From IMG/VR virus record IMGVR_UViG_3300035698_005365: DNA of 64,000 nucleotides. One strand, 5' to 3'. Numbering within the stretch: the stretch's first letter is position 1; each line of letters begins with the position of its first letter. Under the pieces are notes generated by a model. It saw nothing but the letters and a program-made list of their open reading frames with translations. It was not told the DNA's origin and did not search any database. The stretch comes from an uncultured virus (IMG/VR IMGVR_UViG_3300035698_005365). Taxonomy: Duplodnaviria; Heunggongvirae; Uroviricota; Caudoviricetes. Shown one piece after another: positions 46,255 through 55,986 of this stretch. A program made the translations under genes and the position numbers.

Positions 46255-47177
46255 AGATAAATATTTTTTCACATAAGTATGGAAACCTAAATGAAATTCC
46301 AGATGGGACAGAAGATCCACAGGATCTTTTGGCCATTGGAATCAATTTACAAGATCGGCTACATACTGTGAAAATCTATGACATTCGTGAGTACCTTTTA
46401 TTTTTTAAGAAGTTTAATGCTGCCCCCGATACTATTAATATATTAGAGGTGCCTGCTAAGTCCAGCTATATGAATGGATTAGCCAGCATCGTAATACATA
46501 AATTATCTAATGTATATGTATATCATTCAGCAGATATGGGAGACTTAGAGGCCCTAGATGATGATAAGTTTGAAGTTTATTCAACTTTAATTAAGAAGTC
46601 CCATGGAGTCCTTTATAAATATAGTGATGCAGTCGATTATCTTTTATCATTAAATAAAAAGGTACAGAAGGTTGGCCACATAGTTAATGTGGGTTCATTG
46701 AAAGATGACCTCCATATAGCACAGGTAGCAAATAAAATATTATATGTCCCTGGGTACCAAGATCTTCTTTATAATAATATTTTAATTCAACGGCTCAGAA
46801 AGTTAACAGTTCCACAAGATGTATATGTATATCTGCCAAGTCCCAAGAGAGCAAAGAAGTGGTTTGCTAAATTTAAGTTAGACCATAACATACATATTAT
46901 TAGGAGACCGTTTGAAACGATCTTGGAACGTATGCAATTTATGTCAACATGTTCAGTAGTTATAAATTTTAACAATGATAACGATGCATATGATTTAAGT
47001 TATGAGGCAGCCTATTTGGGCATACCATGCTTCTGTAAATGTGAGAATGGCTACACTCACCATGGAGCATTTAAACAATTAGAAATGTTACCGTCCAGTA
47101 TAACGCCAGTTAAGATTGATTATAACTCAGATAGATTAATGAATGCAATCGAAGTATTCCTATGGGGGAGCCGTTAA
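46251..47177 (+). CDS. Divergent GT-B-like glycosyltransferase
   Basis: C-terminal SYEAAYLGIPC resembles the GT-B donor-binding motif; island context. Confidence 0.55.
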   Translation: MKINIFSHKYGNLNEIPDGTEDPQDLLAIGINLQDRLHTVKIYDIREYLLFFKKFNAAPDTINILEVPAKSSYMNGLASIVIHKLSNVYVYHSADMGDLEALDDDKFEVYSTLIKKSHGVLYKYSDAVDYLLSLNKKVQKVGHIVNVGSLKDDLHIAQVANKILYVPGYQDLLYNNILIQRLRKLTVPQDVYVYLPSPKRAKKWFAKFKLDHNIHIIRRPFETILERMQFMSTCSVVINFNNDNDAYDLSYEAAYLGIPCFCKCENGYTHHGAFKQLEMLPSSITPVKIDYNSDRLMNAIEVFLWGSR

Positions 47178-47178
47178 G

Positions 47179-47484
47179 ATGCCACGTCCAACTAAAATAA
47201 AACTACCAATATCCGTTATAGATGTAGAATATGTAGATGACCTAACCAGTGCCGATGATGATAAATTAAATGGCGCATGTTCATTAAGTAGAGAACATAT
47301 CTTAATGGAAAAATCTATTGGAAAGAATTTTATGAAACATGTATTACTACATGAATTATTTCATATGATGACTAGTAATTGTCAAATAGAACTAAATGAA
47401 ACTGAAGTAGATGTTATTTCATTACAATTACAATATCTTATAGAAAACAATCATGGGCTAATCAAATGGATACAGGAAAAATAA
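47179..47484 (+). CDS. Small HExxH zinc metallopeptidase-like protein
   Basis: VLLHELFH...ETEVD. Confidence 0.65.
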   Translation: MPRPTKIKLPISVIDVEYVDDLTSADDDKLNGACSLSREHILMEKSIGKNFMKHVLLHELFHMMTSNCQIELNETEVDVISLQLQYLIENNHGLIKWIQEK

Positions 47485-48494
47485 ATGTAATAATTACAAC
47501 CGAGATGGGCATAGTGGGTAAGGTCCCCGAAGACTATCCTAATATGCGAGTAGAGTTTGCATGGGCACGAGCCCTCGATGCAATCTTTGTGCCATTACTA
47601 AGCCTAAACAACTATCTATCAAACGCCGAGACATTAGCTAACACTATTATATTATTCATCTTACCAAATGGTTCTCGTCGCTACGATCATTATCCATTAG
47701 AAATAAAGAAACAATATGCCTGTAAGATTGGAGTCATTCAAGAGGGCCCCATAACTATATATCAAGATTGGTCGGTCACTGAACAATTAAATTACTTCCA
47801 TACTTTGGAGAATGTAGACGCACTCTGCGTCCACAATGTAGCTGATAAATTATATTTAAAAAACCTTTTAAATATAGATGTGAATAAGATTCACATCTTC
47901 CAAACGATTATTAATGATCGTATATTAAAAAAGGTAGTCCCACTTCCTATGGAGAAGAGGCGTGGTATTATTTTAAGTGGAAACTTTTCATCTTGGTATG
48001 GTGGCATGATGGCCTACAAGTTAGTTAGGAAGATGTTTCCTGATGAGAAGATTTATATGCCTGGCTCTGGGCGTGTCACTCGAGATGAACATATATTTAA
48101 AGATATCACAATCCTTCCATGGTATAGTTGGGAAGACTGGATGGAAATGCTTAATCAATTTAAAATAGGAATAAACTTAATGTCAACGCGGGCCGCAGGT
48201 ACATTCTCCCTAAACTGCGCCCTTCTTGGTATCCCATGTATCGGCTTCTCTGATCTTGATACGCAACTATTGACACAACTTGATACTTTAACTTTTGATA
48301 AAGAAAACTTACAACCTATACATCCTAAATATCCAAAAATACATGAAGTACTTTATACTTTATATAATGATAAGAATGTATATAAGATGGCCCAGGGATA
48401 TGGGCTACAGATTAGTAAACAATATTCAATTGAAAATAAAAAAGAATACTTTCAAAACATAATGAAGAAGATTTTAAAAGGTGGCCCCCAATGA
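47466..48494 (+). CDS. Divergent GT-B-like glycosyltransferase
   Basis: AAGTFSLNCALLGIPCIG; resembles 46251-47177. Confidence 0.6.
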   Translation: MDTGKINVIITTEMGIVGKVPEDYPNMRVEFAWARALDAIFVPLLSLNNYLSNAETLANTIILFILPNGSRRYDHYPLEIKKQYACKIGVIQEGPITIYQDWSVTEQLNYFHTLENVDALCVHNVADKLYLKNLLNIDVNKIHIFQTIINDRILKKVVPLPMEKRRGIILSGNFSSWYGGMMAYKLVRKMFPDEKIYMPGSGRVTRDEHIFKDITILPWYSWEDWMEMLNQFKIGINLMSTRAAGTFSLNCALLGIPCIGFSDLDTQLLTQLDTLTFDKENLQPIHPKYPKIHEVLYTLYNDKNVYKMAQGYGLQISKQYSIENKKEYFQNIMKKILKGGPQ

Positions 48495-48964
48495 AAGAAC
48501 CAAAGAGCATAGTAGTTGTATCTGGATACTTTGATCCAATACATGTAGGACATTTAGAATACTTTAATCAAGCACAAGATTATAAATTCGATAGTGAAGA
48601 TTCAGAAGTTGATAAATTTATTATCATCGTCAATAATGATAAACAACTTAAGTTAAAAAAGGGAACACCCTTCATGCCAGAGTTTGAGAGGCTTACTATA
48701 TTAGCTAATATAAAAACAGAAGCATATGATAGTGAAGTAGTTTTAGCACTAGACGATGATTCATCTGTATGTAGAACATTAGAATATATTCGAGCAACCA
48801 ATCCATATGATAATATTGTATTTGGAAATGGTGGCGACCGCAAGATTCAAGAAGTGCCAGAGAAAGCAACATGTGATAGACTTAATATTAATATGGTAGA
48901 TGGTCTTGGTAAAAAGATTCAGTCTAGTTCAGCTTTAATTGCGGGGTCTAAAGATGGGGCTTAA
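48491..48964 (+). CDS. Cytidylyltransferase-like nucleotidyltransferase (TagD/RfaE family)
   Basis: SGYFDPIHVGH, VNND, NGGDR, QSSS. Confidence 0.88.
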   Translation: MKEPKSIVVVSGYFDPIHVGHLEYFNQAQDYKFDSEDSEVDKFIIIVNNDKQLKLKKGTPFMPEFERLTILANIKTEAYDSEVVLALDDDSSVCRTLEYIRATNPYDNIVFGNGGDRKIQEVPEKATCDRLNINMVDGLGKKIQSSSALIAGSKDGA

Positions 48965-49223
48965 GATAATTAAATTTTATGCCGAGTGGTGTGGCCCTTG
49001 TAAACAACTTAAACCAGTCTTTGATGATGTATGTCCATTATATACAGATGTTGAATTTATGGATATTGATGTTGACGATACTGAATATGAATATTTAAAA
49101 AAAGAATATAACGTACGCTCAGTACCTAGAATTTTCTTTATAAAAAATAATGAACCAGTATTTGAACATACGGGATTTATATCTCGTGATCAACTTGTAG
49201 AAAAGATAGAGGAATTAAAATGA
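48954..49223 (+). CDS. trxA: Thioredoxin
   Basis: FYAEWCGPCK, VRSVP. Confidence 0.92.
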   Translation: MGLKIIKFYAEWCGPCKQLKPVFDDVCPLYTDVEFMDIDVDDTEYEYLKKEYNVRSVPRIFFIKNNEPVFEHTGFISRDQLVEKIEELK

Positions 49224-50152
49224 ATTTAGATAATAAAAAAATATTAATCGTTGGAGGAACTGGGTCATGGGGGCAGGCATTGACTAGACAAATTTTAGAT
49301 CAATATAATCCTAAGAGTATTAATATTTTATCTAGATGTGAACAGAAACAAGTTGATATGGAGAGACAGTTTAATAATAAACTTCTTAAGTTTCATATCG
49401 GTGACATTAGAGATAAGGACCGCCTCTTAGAAGTTATGGGCGATATAGATATTGTATTCCATTTGGCTGCACTTAAACATGTTCCAATTTGTGAAACACA
49501 TATAAATGAGACGGTTAAAACTAATATCCTTGGAACTCAAAATCTTATTGATGTGGCAAAGTACTATAATATTAAAAAGTTTATACTAATTTCAACCGAC
49601 AAGGCTGTCGATCCAATCAATACTTATGGACTATCTAAAGCATTAGCAGAGCGAATAGTTATTAATGCTGGATATATATGTATTAGGGCTGGTAATGTTC
49701 TTGGAACTAGCGGCTCAGTAGTACCATTATTTTATAAACTAGCCAAGGGCGGCCACCCAATAACTGTTACAGATCCATACATGACAAGATTTTCAATGTA
49801 TCTTAACGACGCCATTAATCTTATATTTAAAGCCCTCCAGTCGGCACAGTCTGGAGAAGTATATGTTATGAAAATGGATAGTTATTTATTAAAAGATTTA
49901 GCAGAATTATATTCGGAAAAATATAAAGTTCCAATTAATATAATTGGGACCCGTGCTGGTGAAAAGAAGCATGAGATTTTAGTTTCTAAATATGAGTTTG
50001 GTCGAGCAGAGGATGATGAAACATTCTTTAAAATTAAATCAATGACTTCAAAAAACCAATCAACATCTACACAATCGTTTCAATCCAACACTACAAATAT
50101 TATTCCAAAGAATGAATTGAAACAATTATTAGAAGAAGGTGGTTGGTTATGA
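49220..50152 (+). CDS. UDP-GlcNAc 4,6-dehydratase (PseB/FlaA1/CapD-like SDR)
   Basis: GGTGSWG, GDIRD, HLAALKHVP, STDKAVDP, YGLSK, GEKKHE. Confidence 0.9.
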   Translation: MNLDNKKILIVGGTGSWGQALTRQILDQYNPKSINILSRCEQKQVDMERQFNNKLLKFHIGDIRDKDRLLEVMGDIDIVFHLAALKHVPICETHINETVKTNILGTQNLIDVAKYYNIKKFILISTDKAVDPINTYGLSKALAERIVINAGYICIRAGNVLGTSGSVVPLFYKLAKGGHPITVTDPYMTRFSMYLNDAINLIFKALQSAQSGEVYVMKMDSYLLKDLAELYSEKYKVPINIIGTRAGEKKHEILVSKYEFGRAEDDETFFKIKSMTSKNQSTSTQSFQSNTTNIIPKNELKQLLEEGGWL

Positions 50153-50907
50153 ATACATTAGTTACTGGTGGGAGTGGGCGCCTCGGCTCTATGTTTAAAA
50201 AGAAACACCCAAAGTTTTTATATCCAACCGTGAAAGAACTTGATATAATCGATCCATCTTCAATCCACAAATATTTAAATACACACAAAATATCAAACAT
50301 TATTCATTTGGCGGCCATGACAGCTGTCGATAAATGTGAGACTAATCGTGAGCTGGCCTATGAAATAAATGTGGTCGGCACTCAAAACCTATACAGAGAA
50401 AGTATATATGGTGGCATACCATCATTTATATATGTAAATTCTGCATGCATCTTTGGCGGGAATCGAGAAGAGGTTGCGTACGAAGATACTATTCCAGTCC
50501 CAGATAATTATTATGGAGTAACTAAACTCCTAGCAGAGCACTCGCTATTATCAATGTATGATATGGCGCCCATTGGTGATGTTTTTTATAAGTTAAATAT
50601 TGTAAGAACAAACTTCACTTCGATGCCGTGGGAATATCCTGCAGCATTCACTGATAGATATGGTACTTATTTATTCACTGAAAATGTTGTTGATGGAATA
50701 ATGGATGTATTTAACACGGTATGCACCCCAACAATTATTCATTTATGTGGAGATAAAAAAATGAGCATGTATGAATATGCAACACTTGGTAAATCAAATG
50801 TTAAAAAAATTACAATGGCTGACTATAATGGTCCAGCTAAATTAACTAAGAACATGAGTCTTGGTACAAAGCACTGGACTCCCTATGAGGCAAAATTAGC
50901 AAAATGA
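50143..50907 (+). CDS. NDP-4-keto-6-deoxysugar reductase (RmlD-like)
   Basis: TGGSGRLG, AAMTAVDKCE, INVVGT, YGVTKL. Confidence 0.82.
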   Translation: MVMNTLVTGGSGRLGSMFKKKHPKFLYPTVKELDIIDPSSIHKYLNTHKISNIIHLAAMTAVDKCETNRELAYEINVVGTQNLYRESIYGGIPSFIYVNSACIFGGNREEVAYEDTIPVPDNYYGVTKLLAEHSLLSMYDMAPIGDVFYKLNIVRTNFTSMPWEYPAAFTDRYGTYLFTENVVDGIMDVFNTVCTPTIIHLCGDKKMSMYEYATLGKSNVKKITMADYNGPAKLTKNMSLGTKHWTPYEAKLAK

Positions 50908-51686
50908 AAATCGATGTATTTATACCAACGATACCTGAGACGCAAGAATATTTAAAACTTTGTTTACTCGGATTAGAAAAAAACAAAGAGTATATAAATA
51001 AAATTCATATTTATGGAAACAAATATTCACAAGAGAACTTAGAAGATCTACAAGTCTTAGAGGGTAAGTGTACTATTCCAACGAATGTTTATATTAACCC
51101 CCGCAATATGGGGCAAGCAATTGTTATGAATGAGTTTGTTATTAATAATTGCGAAACAGAATACTTTATGATTATAAATGATGATATGGTTTGTGATAAA
51201 AATATGTTAAAGAATATGCAATTTCATTTAACTAACGATAACCTCCCATACGAATTACTATGTCCTAAAATAGTAGAGCCAGGTACTAAGGTACCAGTGG
51301 CGCCCCAGTTTGTTACCTTAGATTGCGGGGATGATTCTACAAACTTTGATGTAAAAAAGTTTGAAGATTATTGTGATAATGCTCCACGATCATATGAAAA
51401 AATTAGAGAACACTCACTACCATTTATTATGAGACGACAATTATATATAGCGTTAGGTGGCTGGGATGAAAACTTAACATCTGGCCCATGTTCGGATACT
51501 GATTTCTATATGAAAATGGATATATTAAACTTAAACTATTATCAAGATCAATCATCTTTTTGTTACCACTTCAGTGGGAAGGCCAGTCGTCTTAATCCTA
51601 AATGTGATTTTGCAAATAGCTTTCAAGCACTAGAAACTAAGAACCTTAAATATTTAAATAGTAAATGGAGACAAAATGGGAATTGA
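50904..51686 (+). CDS. Glycosyltransferase family 2 (GT-A)
   Basis: VFIPT, INDDM, GGWDE, SDTDF. Confidence 0.82.
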   Translation: MKIDVFIPTIPETQEYLKLCLLGLEKNKEYINKIHIYGNKYSQENLEDLQVLEGKCTIPTNVYINPRNMGQAIVMNEFVINNCETEYFMIINDDMVCDKNMLKNMQFHLTNDNLPYELLCPKIVEPGTKVPVAPQFVTLDCGDDSTNFDVKKFEDYCDNAPRSYEKIREHSLPFIMRRQLYIALGGWDENLTSGPCSDTDFYMKMDILNLNYYQDQSSFCYHFSGKASRLNPKCDFANSFQALETKNLKYLNSKWRQNGN

Positions 51687-53316
51687 GAATATAGGAAAGA
51701 TTGGTGTGGACTTTACAGAACACTCGGATATATTATATTATTTATGTAATGCATTCAAAGTAAAATCAATTTTAGAATTAGGAGTAGCGAACGGTTGTTC
51801 AACCCTAGCGTTTGCTGAATATGCTAAAGAGGCCAAGGTTCCATTTACTTCTGTAGATATGACACCAATGGCCCCCCATACCAAAGAGTATATGGATTTA
51901 AACTATGCAGGCCTTTGGAAATTTATTTTATCTGATGATATTAAACTTGAATGGATAGAAGATGTTGATTTAGTATTTATAGATACTAGTCATGAATATG
52001 AACACACTCTTAAGGAATTAAATAAGTATGGGAAACATGCCAACAAACTTATTGTGCTACATGACACAGAACAGGTTGGAGAATTAGATGGCCAGGTGCA
52101 ACGTGCAATAACTGAATATTGTGACCAAGAGAATTTACCATGGTCTAAATTTACAAATCAGTATGGGCTTGCATTTATATATAAACACTTTGAGGAACCG
52201 AATATGGAAGTAAGTATTATTATAAAAACAAAAAACAACTTTGATTATTTATTAACATGTTGCCAAGCTATACGTAATCATATGAAATACAATCATGAGA
52301 TCGTAATTGTGTTTAATGGATGTAATAAGGAAGATGAAGAGAAGTTTGTTAAAGACTTCGATGATAACAATACTAAGATTATATCTCTAAAGGAGCCTGG
52401 TTTATGTACAGCCACCAATGCGGGTATCAGGGAAGCATCTAATGAATGGGTCTGGTTGTTTGATGATGATTATATTCCAGGATTATTATCCGATGAATTT
52501 ATAGCAAAGGGCCTAAAGATCAATACTGTATATTCAAACATATTAGTTGAGCCAGGTAACCAACCAGTGTCTCCATTTTTAATTGAAAAGAACTTTGGTC
52601 GTGAACTAAATGAATTTAAGGCAGACGCCTTTGATGACTTTGTTCTTAAGACTATAAGTGAAACCACTCGACCGAATGAAGTATCTTATCCTGTCCTAGT
52701 GCATAGAGATGTAATAAATAAAGCGGGCAACCTAGATCCTAGATTTGATCGGGCATACGCTAATGATCCCGACCTATGGTATCGCCTTAAATTAAGTGGT
52801 GCCTCCTTTGAAAGAAATTGCTCATCAATCTTTTATCATTTTAGTGGGAAGGCTAATGCAGCCGAACATGCAGGGCAGGCCAGCGCAAAACGTAAAGAGA
52901 TTGAGTTAGCATGCAATAAAGATTTTATTCGAAAGTGGGGTGAGATGTTTAATTATTCATTTGGTAGCGATGTTAAACCACAAGTACCATGCCATCGCAA
53001 ACAGAGTCAATACAAGCCACTATCATTAGGAATAATTTCAGACTCTATGGATTATATAAAGGCTATTATTAAATTCGAACCTTTCTTTGATAAAATTGAA
53101 ATTAAAACAAACCTATCAGGTTTCGATGTGAATCAAGTTTTATATAATTATATTATAAATGAAAAAAGTGTTGATTATTTATTTTCTAAGTTTAAAATTG
53201 TAAAGGAAATAAATACAGATATAACCTTACAAGATGGCGCGGTATTGTTTATTGATACAGTTGTGCAGGCCCGACGTAATTTATATATCAAAAAGGATGT
53301 GACTAATAATGAATGA
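51676..53316 (+). CDS. Class I SAM methyltransferase (Methyltransf_24-like) fused to a GT2 glycosyltransferase
   Basis: N-terminal LELGVANGCST, FIDTSHEYE, LHDT; then VSIII, LFDDD, DPDLWYR. Confidence 0.82.
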   Translation: MGIENIGKIGVDFTEHSDILYYLCNAFKVKSILELGVANGCSTLAFAEYAKEAKVPFTSVDMTPMAPHTKEYMDLNYAGLWKFILSDDIKLEWIEDVDLVFIDTSHEYEHTLKELNKYGKHANKLIVLHDTEQVGELDGQVQRAITEYCDQENLPWSKFTNQYGLAFIYKHFEEPNMEVSIIIKTKNNFDYLLTCCQAIRNHMKYNHEIVIVFNGCNKEDEEKFVKDFDDNNTKIISLKEPGLCTATNAGIREASNEWVWLFDDDYIPGLLSDEFIAKGLKINTVYSNILVEPGNQPVSPFLIEKNFGRELNEFKADAFDDFVLKTISETTRPNEVSYPVLVHRDVINKAGNLDPRFDRAYANDPDLWYRLKLSGASFERNCSSIFYHFSGKANAAEHAGQASAKRKEIELACNKDFIRKWGEMFNYSFGSDVKPQVPCHRKQSQYKPLSLGIISDSMDYIKAIIKFEPFFDKIEIKTNLSGFDVNQVLYNYIINEKSVDYLFSKFKIVKEINTDITLQDGAVLFIDTVVQARRNLYIKKDVTNNE

Positions 53317-54010
53317 TACCGATAGGCTTACATTACAAAACTTAAATATTAACAAGGAGCCTTCAATAGCAATTGGCGTCCTTGTTGGCGAAAAGGATGC
53401 AAACAAAATATATAACTTTCTTCGAAAGAATGAGCCATACTTTAATAAGGTATATATTATTGCAGACTGTGGGCCAGACGATATCCCTATTATAAAAGAA
53501 GTTGGTCGCTATGTATCAGATGAAACTGAAAAATCTAAACTCTTTTCATCAAACAAGATTACAATATTACCACACTTATTAAATGATGATTTCGCAGCTA
53601 TGCGGAATGCCGCCGTTGCTATTAATGAATGTGAGTGGCTATTCATGTTGGATGCTGATGAGACATTAGAAGCGAAGGGCCTCGTTCATTTTAGAACTAT
53701 TATCCAAAAGATGGAAGAGGATGAGGCCGTAGATGTGGTTGGATTTCCAAGGGCAAACTTCATCGACGGCAAACAGACTCCAGTATATCCCGACTACCAA
53801 TTTAGATTAGTACGTAAGGGGATCAAGTGGACCAATACCAGTCCAAGTGTGGGCGCAGTCCCTGGGTGCCACGAGTATCCTGAGCCAGCAATTAGGCGCG
53901 AGCGCGTTGGCGTCTTAAGAGAGCCACAAATTCTACACCCAAAAACAACAATAGAACAAGAAGCACAAAATAAATATTATAAAGAAATAGAAGGTAAGCA
54001 AGATGAATAA
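53309..54010 (+). CDS. Glycosyltransferase family 2
   Basis: DFAAMRN, WLFMLDADE, PDYQFRL, CHE. Confidence 0.85.
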   Translation: MNDTDRLTLQNLNINKEPSIAIGVLVGEKDANKIYNFLRKNEPYFNKVYIIADCGPDDIPIIKEVGRYVSDETEKSKLFSSNKITILPHLLNDDFAAMRNAAVAINECEWLFMLDADETLEAKGLVHFRTIIQKMEEDEAVDVVGFPRANFIDGKQTPVYPDYQFRLVRKGIKWTNTSPSVGAVPGCHEYPEPAIRRERVGVLREPQILHPKTTIEQEAQNKYYKEIEGKQDE

Positions 54011-54467
54011 GGATATAAAGACACAAGAAGTGCCACCAGATATGGCAATTGATGAGAAAGAAGTTATTAAGATTAATGAAGATGTTGCAATCTTAGAGAG
54101 GCCCGAGCTTGATGAAATTATAGCTAAGTTCCAGAAGTCTCTTGGTAATACTGAGACATGGCAAAAGTTAACTGTATTTTATTTTCAATGTTTAGATAAA
54201 TACAGCGACCTAACCAGTGAAGAGATAGTTGAAAAAGATTATCTATATTTAATGATTGGACTACGAAACCCAAGTAACCCAGCAGCAATTATTGGAGTTA
54301 TGCCCATTGCCTTTAAGAATGAAATACTTTCATTTAGACAGGAAGATTATAATCAGATATGTAATATGCTTGAGATGGAATTTCCTGTACGACTATCAGT
54401 ATATAATGATAAGATGACCGTTGGTGTCAAGGAGGTTAAAGATGAGAGTTCTAATAAAGAAGAATGA
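54003..54467 (+). CDS. Hypothetical protein
   Basis: 154-aa ORF. Confidence 0.6.
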   Translation: MNKDIKTQEVPPDMAIDEKEVIKINEDVAILERPELDEIIAKFQKSLGNTETWQKLTVFYFQCLDKYSDLTSEEIVEKDYLYLMIGLRNPSNPAAIIGVMPIAFKNEILSFRQEDYNQICNMLEMEFPVRLSVYNDKMTVGVKEVKDESSNKEE

Positions 54468-54684
54468 AGATGGTAAGTATACCACCCTTATTGGCGACCT
54501 TGATGTGAGCCAATATGTTTCTGGATTCTCAGTAGATGCGAGGGTTGATAAGAGTCCCCAAGTCTATTTAATCTTGACGCCAGATTGTGTCGATATAGAT
54601 CTAGAGGATATCGAGTTACGCTCGATATCTTATACTAAGTTAAAGAAAATCGAGGGGCATGGGGACCCCGACATCGTTCTTTAA
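54442..54684 (+). CDS. Hypothetical protein
   Basis: GGAGG RBS before MRVLIKK. Confidence 0.55.
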   Translation: MRVLIKKNEDGKYTTLIGDLDVSQYVSGFSVDARVDKSPQVYLILTPDCVDIDLEDIELRSISYTKLKKIEGHGDPDIVL

Positions 54685-54685
54685 A

Positions 54686-55765
54686 ATGGCTAAGATATTA
54701 TTCAACTCGGTCTTATATACTCCCGAGGGTATCACCAAGCATGCCCGTGAGGAAGCGAAGGAATTGCTGGCTAGAGGCCATCAATTATTTGTTACTGATA
54801 TTAACTACAAGAAAGAGTATGGTGAGGAGTATACAAAAATGTATACCCCTTTTGATAGGACTAAAGATGACTATATTCATTATATGATTCAGCCACCAAT
54901 ACGACCTAATAATATACCAGCATGTCTAGCAGGCTATACTAATGAGAAGAGATTGTTTTATTTTCTAGCATTTGAGGCATCATTGCCGAAGCAGTGGGTT
55001 GAAGTAATCAACTATGCGCAGATGAAATGTATCATTGTGCCTAGCATGTATAATAAAAAGGTATTCGAGCGGTCCGGCATTCGGCATCCTATTGAAATAC
55101 TGCCACATGGCATAGATCCTAGCTTCGCATACAAGGCTAAGCAGAGCCCATCTGAGGCACTTAAATTATTGTGGGCTGGTACCCTTCACAACTCAAGAAA
55201 GGGCCTCAGAGAGGCTTATATGGCCTTTAAGACCCTATCTGAGAGATACCCACACCTTACCCTAACAATAAAGGCCAGTGGAGTCTATGGATGCAGTGAA
55301 AAGTATAAAGAAATCTTAGATGAAGCAAGCAAGAATCCTCGCATTAATATTATAACAGATATCCTTTCAGATGCTGAAATGGTAACCTTATTTCAAGACC
55401 ATCATATATATTTAAGCCCCCATACTAGTGAAGGTTTCGGTATGCATATACTTGAGGCCCTCGGAACAGGGACACCTGTCGTTTGCAGTGGCTGGAGTGG
55501 CAATGTAGACTTCACAAAGAACGTCGCCCTCCATATAGACTTCGATGAAGAGTATAAAGTAGAAGAGGCCCCATATACAGGGCAGATATGGAAGCGTCCA
55601 TCTGTATCTAGTATCATTGATGTAACCAGTAAATTAATAGAGAACTATGATGATTATGCTAAGCTATTTAAAAAGCATAGTGTTGATATCCATAAAAAGT
55701 ACTCATGGATCAATATAGTAGACCAATTAGAGGATCTGTTTATAAAGTATGGTGCAATAAACTAA
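54686..55765 (+). CDS. Glycosyltransferase family 4
   Basis: PHGID, RKG, EGFGMHILEALGTGTPVV. Confidence 0.88.
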   Translation: MAKILFNSVLYTPEGITKHAREEAKELLARGHQLFVTDINYKKEYGEEYTKMYTPFDRTKDDYIHYMIQPPIRPNNIPACLAGYTNEKRLFYFLAFEASLPKQWVEVINYAQMKCIIVPSMYNKKVFERSGIRHPIEILPHGIDPSFAYKAKQSPSEALKLLWAGTLHNSRKGLREAYMAFKTLSERYPHLTLTIKASGVYGCSEKYKEILDEASKNPRINIITDILSDAEMVTLFQDHHIYLSPHTSEGFGMHILEALGTGTPVVCSGWSGNVDFTKNVALHIDFDEEYKVEEAPYTGQIWKRPSVSSIIDVTSKLIENYDDYAKLFKKHSVDIHKKYSWINIVDQLEDLFIKYGAIN

Positions 55766-55809
55766 AGCTTTATAAAGAATAAACGGTACATCTAATATGG
55801 GGAGTACAC

Positions 55810-55986
55810 ATGATGCCATACTGGATACTATTGTTAGTATCGTCTGATCGAGCACTATACCGCCATCTAGGCCAACGTTGTTTTAATTGGTATAGACGGT
55901 ATCTTTTAAAAATGCCATATATCACAATGAAGTTAGATAAGAAAGATAAATATATCTTTCTATATTCTAGCGACTTTGATATTTAA
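55810..55986 (+). CDS. Small hypothetical protein (58 aa) with own promoter
   Basis: TATA AAAGCTTTATAAAG at 55764-55777, GGGGAG RBS, MMPYWILLL... Confidence 0.4.
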   Translation: MMPYWILLLVSSDRALYRHLGQRCFNWYRRYLLKMPYITMKLDKKDKYIFLYSSDFDI

